Below, one piece after another: positions 11,001-18,600 of a DNA stretch of 24,059 nucleotides. Below the pieces are notes generated by a model that saw nothing but the letters and a program-made list of their open reading frames with translations, did no database searches and was not told where the DNA came from. The stretch comes from a virus (lineage: Duplodnaviria; Caudoviricetes), in IMG/VR virus record IMGVR_UViG_3300025665_000352, positions 1-24,059 of that record, one strand, 5' to 3'. A program made the translations under genes and the position numbers. How positions within the stretch are numbered: position 1 is the stretch's first letter; each line of letters opens with the position of its first letter.

Positions 11001-12573
11001 GAATGCCGGGGTGCGCGGCGGGTTGGTTCAGGAAGACCAGTTTGGTGAAAAGAAGTTAGTGGTGCCCGGCAGCGAGGTGTTGACAACTGCGGTGCTGGAA
11101 ATTGCAGACAAATTCCCGATTGTCAATTCGGTATTTGGTGGACCGTTGGGTGCGGTGATGCGACCGAAGTTGGCTACAAGTATCAATGTGGTTCCGGGTT
11201 ACGACTTGGAGCAGTTGGGGCAGATGGGATTCGGTCCGCTGTTGTCGGTGCCGATCAATTTTGCTTCGGGACGCGACGCTAGTCTGCGGGCAACGTTTGA
11301 ACATAATATGGTGGGTGGCCGGTATACGGGTTCCAGCAAGTTGACAACCGGTAATGCTGATTCGGTGCGGCTGCTGGGTGAAACTATTTGGTCATCGGTA
11401 TTGCCTGCTGTGTTGGCGCGGCCATTGCAGTTGATGGGCATTGACGGCCCGAATGGCAACGCTCGCTCAAAGGCGACAATTGACGTAATCAAGTTCATGG
11501 CGCTGAACGATATGTTGCCGACAGAGCAGGAAGTCGCGTCGCAGGCCAACCCGGAATTGTTCAGAGAAGACTTTTTGGACAAGGTTGACCAGATGGCGAA
11601 GCAGTACCAGTTGCTACAGGCTCTAACTTGGTTCTTTGGTCCGGCGACCGGCCAGTTCTCTGATCTGGTGGTGAACGATAAGTGGGAATGGAATACAGAA
11701 TTCCACGACTTGCTAAATACTGGAATGCCATACGAAGAGGCGTATCCGATTTGGATTAAGAACGTAGAGGCGCGAACAGGTGAGCCGTTTAATCCTGTTG
11801 AGCATTCGCCGTTCCGCACATCGGCTTCCAGCAAGGTGCCGTTTGCAGTGCTGGAATCTACGCAGGCTGCTAACGAATGGTTGGTGAATAACGACGAGTT
11901 TACCCGTAGTTTCGGGTTGTCGAGCGCGTTCTTTATGCCGCGCAAGTTCGATGTTGACGACGACGAATATGTAGCCGAGGCGAAGCAGCGCCAGTTGAAT
12001 ATGGGGCTGCGGACGACTGATACGCCAGACGAATTTTTAGAGGAGTTGTATTACAATATTGCAAGTCCGGCCTATCACAAGCGTCGCACAGATTATCTGC
12101 AAAAGAAGTATGTGTTGCAGAAACAGAATCTCGATACGCAGGAGTTGGATCGGGGCTGGAAGTTCTGGTATGACAGTTTCAAGATTCAGCATCCGGTGTT
12201 CGCGCAGCGAATCACTACGGGCACAGCGAAGGTGAAACGCGAGGAAACAGTTAACCAATTCCGGCTGCTTGTTGAAACGCCCGACTTGGTTCCGGAGGGC
12301 GACCACCGGCTAGACATTTTGAATGCAATGGCGACTGTTGTCGGCTTTCAGGATAAGTTGGATTCGCTGACTGGTTTGCGGACTGCGCATGCGCAGCGCC
12401 GCCGGGACGCTATCCGCTACAAGTATTGGAAGACGATGGAGGCCTTTACGCAGGGTAGGCCGTGGTTGAATGAAATATACTATAGTGTGTTCTTGCCGAT
12501 GGTTAACGACAGTTGGGTCGCTAAGTATCGGGCAGGTTTAGTGGAGGTTAATCCGATGGCGTTGGCAGCATAA
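5017..12573 (+). CDS. Very large putative internal virion/ejection protein
   Basis: 2518 aa uninterrupted ORF in the structural operon; mostly helical-looking; WRPAVLLRLGYVARN and MIPFWFAEDQFLRR segments reminiscent of large podoviral internal/polyvalent-associated proteins (recognition only). Confidence 0.6.
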   Translation: MAGVSPVRREYVRIGSVPNSAVNDEYYGRRMQMLISAGAGRFLDVDPDSLVGLAAGPDSDEDMMDVFLGAFDQNEFNSMRQRFEAMPTQMQRAEFNLLPVKTQNLLRGTGYQFPEEKDPEGLLKRIFTWDIPLLPEEHFGTAVKIGMAPIRAVGFGLGTVARNVWEFGIMKPSRFATRTGRSLAFMGQRDKGDFSNPARWRDAWNKTRLEDDSYYQSTLDAAIEKVGGGQVDLMRIFLRDGGQGVYDHLAERGTEFGYAPEQIAEQYQKWYDDLASPANTEALEILDSGRLTIADASVKAWNRYGVWDVTPGTKPAAVVGMVGSLAVEILLDPTTWVGGFWTKIAKVAKFGHRAKDGAELLDFMRRGTLLERAASEAGFDAFSKIQVLNRVTGEYTDGLAGIKEWMKSTGTNVLGRTNFGIRSQFRAINRMIDRVTDAFKELDEIEVFKQGIRDSADEVVSGREIRAAVTEQFGQGTKLDALLRDMPALNQVIDSMRNWHFAQKRMVLAVDDESGELVRKFISAVDEVDEVPLITTGTAPTLADEQGFWEFLADDAGWMALAKPLGRTDPEALFLPRIGAFGAKWMGAKKYMREILDFEDFPLAVKADMARMTSKYLAKQSDYVHSKIFGDIQEGTLTLSKPIDEDTLFNILRDPSQDHMTRLGLTSDDWLKIDEYIDLHQSNASQVILEDSELSDLLNYYLHDGFEIRLDKEGVRRLLPKKGPDLIPFSGAAKAARRYYKNRIHPPGSANAELTWLEEIGAMGGAAAAGLAYYPARFAEKLTTYVPKSTLLDVTDADTAVKEFTALIDMGVMSGMPRRQIDQYLRTFVMGNESERWLVQHDFFLDFIGRTGALVHGGSDVQQFIQRFIRHGNHRYAQLTDDMVGIHGMNVPRAVFPGAEHGAQLARANIIPNYRELGAISRYTAFYRMAGWGIHLPAIDKFLARTWRPAVLLRLGYVARNGGEELFSWWLREGPKHWVNHKVARAAVDKHVVWDEYGRKILKEISPEEQLPILWKPFARLWRSFNEIGGVGDYAITTKAIKEAATNNPNWKFISDEARASLFEASRVKVKRGVEDTLIGGTSRRMFEFANAKANELSMLANDFMGVGASGKMARWLGRKIDKQHDERATVIAEMMTDPTILDQQMKDILGTFDNYINPDSVDRALRTSGFGTPVDLGLRLPMDYSTSGLEWTTTEAGTEMDAVPKSIAVTQRLNYMSDPEAVAYLRSMSHYASPQQEATLAPLATQLGLEVAADQTASAVVLKHLQTNHKDALEVLAKAFDARPTDPDALITKLTATDAFLDKLPEEIQPAFRAFLEPAPGVDQNPNVIAFLISGVDPAKIITDYDDAVVQAKRALFNELMTVRGEQAGRSTHASNIGFDATGGPISESLPEGAARLFVPMIPVEHVDSLIRLLSEGGGARFRWFDQFVEKLEHRFVEMGLPAGEAFKAARLLQPSLRADTVHHTPGIYAILAGSWTDAGMPHIPLMTGSANPDIADAIAKTVTEMLGPISRLEDLGPDAAFRLRSRIGTIDVNAEELYGISPAPGRVGLNGPTITLRRNGLQTSMSHPDVAVRGYTGQGSSFFGWSPSGPTAAADFGPRGMSREKIIGIGGEHLMYRRADGGVQGVQMINDTPVTYASNTWRNKKTGSTIIRRAGDERAQRWYTENPDVWEMVDTQFTAHNDFHNAMLELTERMSPEILDLVSSGTRTDVPEVFLPWIREVTHGDEISTLRVNAYANDASWWNKAPERVLALKPIGDEGGGLGERMGKAWNTLLRNWFDGVVNPMIGAMVREPMFQHYYLIASEQVAGIKRNYYHTRGGFQALSARLGDLASYDDEGQLVVDSLRGFIRHDWQLAWMDPDAAISKVAFAVEGGNTQGFIKTATEVVESVEPGPVLDTFEMLIRAAEGDSPAIHEFFRWAKIQKNQFEAHRNVSLQRAMTLTSAFIDDHRIRSQFQEMVGTMIPFWFAEDQFLRRMGRGLKQNPLMLRNLHLTMNAGVRGGLVQEDQFGEKKLVVPGSEVLTTAVLEIADKFPIVNSVFGGPLGAVMRPKLATSINVVPGYDLEQLGQMGFGPLLSVPINFASGRDASLRATFEHNMVGGRYTGSSKLTTGNADSVRLLGETIWSSVLPAVLARPLQLMGIDGPNGNARSKATIDVIKFMALNDMLPTEQEVASQANPELFREDFLDKVDQMAKQYQLLQALTWFFGPATGQFSDLVVNDKWEWNTEFHDLLNTGMPYEEAYPIWIKNVEARTGEPFNPVEHSPFRTSASSKVPFAVLESTQAANEWLVNNDEFTRSFGLSSAFFMPRKFDVDDDEYVAEAKQRQLNMGLRTTDTPDEFLEELYYNIASPAYHKRRTDYLQKKYVLQKQNLDTQELDRGWKFWYDSFKIQHPVFAQRITTGTAKVKREETVNQFRLLVETPDLVPEGDHRLDILNAMATVVGFQDKLDSLTGLRTAHAQRRRDAIRYKYWKTMEAFTQGRPWLNEIYYSVFLPMVNDSWVAKYRAGLVEVNPMALAA

Positions 12574-14720
12574 TGGCAGACGAGAATGATGACCGGAATC
12601 CGGAGCGACTGCTGCCTACTGCCGCCTCTGATGTAGATGTAACTGAAGATGTTCCAGTTGAGGTGCCTGTAGAAACAGGTGGCGACCTTGGCGGGGTTAT
12701 TAGTGGTGGCCCTGATCTGAGCGGAATTCTTGATAAAGTTGGGGGGGGCGCTAAAGGCGTAATAGAAGATCGGCCATGGTGGCAATGGCCGAATGTTTTA
12801 ACACCCGCGTTTCCTGTGGTTGACGCAGGACAGCAGATTGTTGCCCGGGGGTTTAATAGGCTGTTCCCGCCGGGTTTGCGTCCCGAACTAGGCGAACCAG
12901 ATCCCGCATTCGTTCCGGTTGAGGCTAAAGAGGCTGGGGTTGTTTCAGATCAAACAACGGATCGGACTGTTCTAAAGAATCTTTATTTTGATGCGATTAG
13001 TGAAGAGTCTGCGTTTGTTAAACTGATCAATTGGCTCGCTGGAACCGGCACAATAACGATCAATCAGGGAATCGGGGGATTGGGTCAGTCCTTGAAGGAC
13101 ACCTTGGAGGGCGTGAACGATGTTAAGATTTATGATCTTAGCTCTCCCGCCGGGAAGGATTATGTCAGAAACTATTTGATGGCAAACTGGGTCAAAGTGG
13201 ACGGCCTTAAAGAACTGGTTTCTGCGAATCTTAAAATTGGGTACGGCGACTATATGGATGCGTTGGGTAGAGATGGCAAGGTGCCTAGCAACTACCGCAA
13301 TATTGATACCGATGTTATTGATCCAGCAACTATTACTAGTATTCTCCAAGAGTTTGGTGATACAAGTTTCGGAATGGTCGCCCCTGATTTGGGTCGTGTC
13401 GGAGACATTTATGGAACCGGGGGAATGGACCAGAAGCCGATTGCCGACATAGCATTTGGTGCCGTAGAGGCGGCTGTTGACGAGATGATGGAGACAACAA
13501 TTGGGCCGGGGCAAACGCTGCTGGTTGGTTCAGATGGTCTTCCCGACCCAGCCGGTATGGAACAGATCGGGTTCATTACTACATTCGATGGAACCCCGTT
13601 TGGGGATGTGGAAAGTTTCAACGACCTGTTTTCTGGCGGCAAGATCGGTCCGTTGACGCTGATTGATCAGTTGAATAACGCCGACCCGGATGTTGTCGAA
13701 AAGTTCCAACGCGAATTCGTTGCGCTTGGATTGATGAACGAACCTGTTGTATGGGGTCGGCTTATGGTTGATCCGCGAACTGGTAAGAAGCCGACGATTG
13801 AGGCGGCTGTCGGTTGGCAGGTATCGGTGGCGCAGGAAGCGTTGACTATGGTCCGGGGTGGTCAGTCGTTGACTGATGATGGCACGCCGTATATAGATGC
13901 GGTGATGGATAGTTTTGTCGCTAGTCGCATGTCTGGTGATGAAACGGTTGCAACGCATGAACGCGAGTTGCGGGCACGTACAGTTGCTGATGCGGGTAGC
14001 CGTGTTCAACAGTATCTAACTGACACGGGTAGGTATTTGCCTGAAGGGGCGCAGTTGCAGTTGCAGTCTGGGTTGCAAGAGGCCCTTAAGGCAATGTCTG
14101 AGGAGGATCAGGAGGCGGCGTTTGGACAGGGCGGTTCCCTGTGGGAGCGGTCGCTGGCTGAAAACCTGTTGGAGCAGTTTTACGGTGCCGACGATTGGGG
14201 TTCGATGCTGACGTTTGGCGGATCGAACCGTGACCAAGATTTCTTTAATTACGCGGCACGGGTTGGTGCGGTATCTAACCGGGAACGCGATCTGCTGCGA
14301 GCGGGGGCTGTTGATCGGAAACGGTATCGGCGGCATTGGAAGGCCCGCGAAGATCAGTTGATCGAGGCAGAAAAAGATGTTGCTGTTGCGAGCCTGTTGC
14401 GGTTTATTGGCGAAGGAATGGATGGCGGGTTGTCTTCTGCTACAACGGATGATATTAGCCGTGGGTTGAATACGTATATGTATACGGTTGGTGCGAAGCA
14501 GCGGCGTGAAAGCAACTTTACGCAACGGGATTTGTCTCGGTTCGCGCAGGTTGCGTTGGATAATGCTACGGGTGGTGGCGACGAGTTGGTTACCAATCTT
14601 GCGCAGCAGGGTATAGAGCCATACGGCGCAGGTGTGGGTGGTTACCGTTACAAGAATCTGGTTAGTGCATTGAATCAGGTTTCTAGGGGTGCCGGAAAGT
14701 TGGGGGCGCGCAATGTCTGA
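12573..14720 (+). CDS. Hypothetical protein, probable internal virion protein
   Basis: 715 aa ORF, TAATG-coupled, acidic N-terminus; function inferred from context only. Confidence 0.55.
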   Translation: MADENDDRNPERLLPTAASDVDVTEDVPVEVPVETGGDLGGVISGGPDLSGILDKVGGGAKGVIEDRPWWQWPNVLTPAFPVVDAGQQIVARGFNRLFPPGLRPELGEPDPAFVPVEAKEAGVVSDQTTDRTVLKNLYFDAISEESAFVKLINWLAGTGTITINQGIGGLGQSLKDTLEGVNDVKIYDLSSPAGKDYVRNYLMANWVKVDGLKELVSANLKIGYGDYMDALGRDGKVPSNYRNIDTDVIDPATITSILQEFGDTSFGMVAPDLGRVGDIYGTGGMDQKPIADIAFGAVEAAVDEMMETTIGPGQTLLVGSDGLPDPAGMEQIGFITTFDGTPFGDVESFNDLFSGGKIGPLTLIDQLNNADPDVVEKFQREFVALGLMNEPVVWGRLMVDPRTGKKPTIEAAVGWQVSVAQEALTMVRGGQSLTDDGTPYIDAVMDSFVASRMSGDETVATHERELRARTVADAGSRVQQYLTDTGRYLPEGAQLQLQSGLQEALKAMSEEDQEAAFGQGGSLWERSLAENLLEQFYGADDWGSMLTFGGSNRDQDFFNYAARVGAVSNRERDLLRAGAVDRKRYRRHWKAREDQLIEAEKDVAVASLLRFIGEGMDGGLSSATTDDISRGLNTYMYTVGAKQRRESNFTQRDLSRFAQVALDNATGGGDELVTNLAQQGIEPYGAGVGGYRYKNLVSALNQVSRGAGKLGARNV

Positions 14721-15645
14721 ACAGGTTGAGAAGGCGCTAGGTATTTATGAGGTAGCGTTATCCGTATTAGGCAATTCTGATACGGCCCGAACTCTTACGA
14801 TGATTGCTATGGCGGAAACGGAAGAGGCCCCAACTGTTGAAGATGCGCTTGTTCTTCCGAGCAGACAGCAGAATACGAATGGTACGACTGATTTTGGGCT
14901 ATACCAAACCAATAGCATGTATTACGATACGGAGTCGCCACGGTATTTAACGACCTTGGATCCCAATAGCCGCGAGTTGCCTGAAAAGTGGCGGTCGGAA
15001 AAGTGGCGGAGTTCTATTTTCGGTGCGACAATGATTGCTGATTTCGTCGGCAGGCACTTGGATTATCCGAACGCGGATGCTCATCGAGAAGAAGGCGACC
15101 TTGATTTCACAGAGTGGGCCGCGTTCAATAATGACAGTTATTTGAGATTTGGCGAGGTAACTGATGAAGCGATCGCGCGTTTCGCTGAATTGAGAAGCGG
15201 AGTCGCTGATAGTCAGCCGTCTGCCGAGTCGTCTGGCCGACCAGATTATCGCAACCCGGCAAAACGGGTTCCTGAATTTTGGCGACGGTTGAAGGCTGTC
15301 CGCGACCGTGCAGATATAAAGTTCACTCCGTATTCAGTACCATCTCAAACGGTTCCACGCCTAGTGGCCCAAGTAAAGAATGCAGATCCCGCGTTGGCGC
15401 GCCTGTTGGCGGACAGTAGCACGGGATTTAAAACGAACGAGGCTGCGATTATTGACTATGCATCCGATGACGACTTGGAACGGGCAGCCGACGCGTTTAG
15501 ACGGCAGGGGCTGCGGGTTGATCCTGAAACACCGTGGATTGTGTCGATGCTGGGTGGCGGACAGATTGACCGCAATGGTGATGTAGCAAACCAGTTGTGG
15601 GATAAAGCCATCAGTTCTATCCATACGCCTGAAGATAATGTCTGA
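14713..15645 (+). CDS. Virion-associated lysozyme-like/lytic transglycosylase with degenerate C-terminal M15-like domain
   Basis: IAMAE (catalytic Glu position), NGTTDFGLYQTN (cf. D-x-G-L-x-Q-I-N), FTEWAAF; start at ATG 14713 overlapping the previous stop (ATGTCTGA) preferred over GTG 14689. Confidence 0.75.
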   Translation: MSEQVEKALGIYEVALSVLGNSDTARTLTMIAMAETEEAPTVEDALVLPSRQQNTNGTTDFGLYQTNSMYYDTESPRYLTTLDPNSRELPEKWRSEKWRSSIFGATMIADFVGRHLDYPNADAHREEGDLDFTEWAAFNNDSYLRFGEVTDEAIARFAELRSGVADSQPSAESSGRPDYRNPAKRVPEFWRRLKAVRDRADIKFTPYSVPSQTVPRLVAQVKNADPALARLLADSSTGFKTNEAAIIDYASDDDLERAADAFRRQGLRVDPETPWIVSMLGGGQIDRNGDVANQLWDKAISSIHTPEDNV

Positions 15646-18600
15646 GTATGGAACGCAGTTCCGTGAGGGCGGCGGGCCTGAATGGGACTTTGAGGAGGAT
15701 CGCAATCCGGAATCTGGTTCGTTAGGCGCGGGGCTGTTAACGCAGCCGAGTGTGCCGTCAGAACGTACAGCACAGTTGGTGGATACGTTGGGGTTGGCGT
15801 TACGTGTCGGCGCGGATCAAGCGGGTGATGGTCCGGAAGCCGATGTTATTACTTATGCGGATAGGTGGTTGCGTGACACTTCTGGTATGACGTATGGGGC
15901 CATATTAAATGTGTTGGAGTTGGCGGATGCCCAAGATGGAATCGATTGGGCGCATAGTCTTATCGAGCCGCCTACGGCACAGTTCGATGTGCGTCATGTC
16001 GTAGGATATGCTAATCCGTTTTCTGCGGTGATGGATTATGCAACGGCGGCATGGGATGTTACGGGTGCGCCGTGGCTGCGGTTGGCTCAGGGTAAGCCGA
16101 CAGAAACTATTGGGCATGATTTGTCTCGGGCGTGGCAGCACGCTACGCAGGCCGATACCCGGTTAGACGGTTATGGCGGTAACCCTTACGGTAATCAATT
16201 GGCGAACACTTTGGGTGTTCATAGCCCGGCGGATGCGTTGTGGGCTGCATTGGATGTTGTCGATATTGTGTCGTTGCGGTGGGGTGGTGCGGTTATTGCT
16301 CCGGTGCGTCAGATGTTGCGGGAGGCGGCGGAGCGTGGTTCTCGTTTGGAGGTTGCGGATGCTATTGCTTCACAATCTAGAAGCATTAGGCCACTTGATC
16401 GGTTCGGTCCCGGTACGCCTGAGGGTTTTGATTCTCTTGCAGACGACGCTGTAATCCATGTATTTCACGGCACAACCACTGAAAGTGCTGCGGCGATTAG
16501 AGAAACGGGGGTTGCAGGGGAGAAGGGGATGTTTGTTGCGCCGACCCGGGAAACTGCTGAGAAATATCTGGATCCAGAAGGTGAGATCCTAGAGTTTACT
16601 GTCCGAAAGAGGGATCTTGTCTCCCGTCCATTTGACGATCCGGCATTGGATGAGGCGTTGTCGGGGGAGCAGTTCTATGAACCGCTGATCGGCGGGTTTT
16701 TGCCTCCCGGGACACAGGTTGAGGCGTATAGGCCGAATCAAATCTCTAAGTTGGAGGGTCTACCCGGTACGCCTACTACTTATTATCATGGTACAGCAGC
16801 AGATTTTGAAGACTTTGATTATGGCGGCGATCTATTAGAACCCGGTACATGGGGCCGTAATACTCCTAATGCTGATTCTGGTTTAGGATTTCATTTTTCA
16901 ACAAGTCCAGAAAGTGCTGAATTCATAGGTCCGAATATTATGGAACGGCGTCTTCGACTGGAGAATCCACTTGAGGTGGATGAGGTATTCGGCGTACAGG
17001 GTTTGCGTATCCGTGCCTATATATCTGAATTGGGTTTGGATGATTTGTATGAAGAGAGTTATCGGGCTTGGAGGGTAAAGGAAGGGTTGCCTCCTATTTC
17101 GGATGCGACTGATCCGGCAAGCCGACTTCTGGCTGACATGCATGAACGAACTTATCTGGAAAACTGGAGACAAGAGGCTGTCCGTATAGGGAATCGTCGG
17201 ATAATGCAGCGTGACCATCCGACCTACCCGCCAATGAATGAATACTCTGATGAATCTATGGTGCCAAACCTTGATTCCTTGACGGATGAACAGCATGAAC
17301 TGTATTCGGAATTGACCGGTGGTGAGGTTGCTGGGAATATTTATGGTGTTGGTACTCGTGGTGATGAGATAACAAGAGAGTGGCTAAAGGGTTTGGGATA
17401 TGACGGTCTTCATATCCGAGAAGCATTTATGGGTCCAGATGATTTGCAATATAGAGAAGGTTTACCAGAGCAGGCTTCTTGGGTTGTATTTGATCTTGAC
17501 CAAATCTCTAAGTTGGAGGGTCTACCCGGTACGCCTGAAGAGTGGATGTATTACACCGATGGGAGTGGCCGTAAGCAGTATAAAGGCGCAGGAGCATTTG
17601 AGAATCCGGCAGGACCCGATATTCAGAAGGTCAAGGATGAGTTGGGATGGACTGACGATCAGTTCGATCAGGCAAAAGCCGCATGGGCTAATGATCCTCA
17701 ACGTATTGAAGATCAGGTCGCCCGTGAAGCGGAACGCCTAGATATGGAACTTGATAACCTGAATCCTGATCCTACTGATGAGTTGTTGGAGTTGTCGGAT
17801 CTGGATCCGGAGGTACGGGATGCTATCAATAAGATTGCCGATGATCTTGGGCGATCTCTTGGTGAACATGCGGAGGGGCGTAATCTTGTAAGGGAGGTGG
17901 AAGAGTATTTAGGTATCACTGGTACGCCTAAGGGTCTACCCGGTACGCCTGAGGCGTACCTTGATGAGATCCGTAGCGACCCAGAATCTTTCTACGGCAC
18001 CCGTGGTCTTACACAGGCACAGATCGATGGCGGGATGCGGACATCATCGGCGGATTTGGATCAGATGTCTTGGGAACAGATGTTCGATCTTATGCGTAAC
18101 GCTTCAGATCCTGTCTACGGACATATAGAAGATGAGTTTATGCGTAGATACAATTTTCTTTATGGGCTAAAAGACCAGTTCGTGGATCATCCTCAACTTG
18201 ATGATTTCCTAAGGGTGTTCCCAGAAATGACGTATCCGCCGGAGACATTCGGAGACATGATTGCTTTCGCCGCAGACCCGGATCTTGGAACCTTCGGGTC
18301 TGACCAAGCAGATTTTATAACAAAGATTGCTAGGGATATAGATGAGTGGTGGGGGGAATTCCGGGGCGGGTTGGTGGATGGTCCACCCGGTACACCTGAG
18401 CGGATACCTACCAATAGAGTGGACGAAGACTTAATGGAAAGGTATCCACAGGGGTACATGCCAGAGGATTTTGTGTTCAATGAACCAAAGGTCTTTGATC
18501 CTAATAAGTCACCTATTGAACAATTGGTTCGGGATGGTGAGATTACACGCGATCAGGCAGATGCTCTTCTTGAAGGTGTAGAACGTATCCGTACTTTCCC

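Noticed and set aside
5017-12573. 2518-aa protein as a virion RNA polymerase or tape measure protein
   Set aside because: I could not find convincing polymerase catalytic motifs or tape-measure periodic repeats by eye; needs a structure search.
12741-12748. G8 run (and C7 at 4794-4800) as phase-variation tracts
   Set aside because: Short, in frame, explained by Gly/Pro codons; no evidence of slippage.
14689-14712. GTG start at 14689
   Set aside because: ATG 14713 gives the same stop-overlap arrangement seen at the next junction.
16739-17536. 36-bp repeats as a CRISPR array
   Set aside because: Only two full copies, 726 bp apart and in frame within a CDS; spacing far exceeds spacer length; no cas genes seen.
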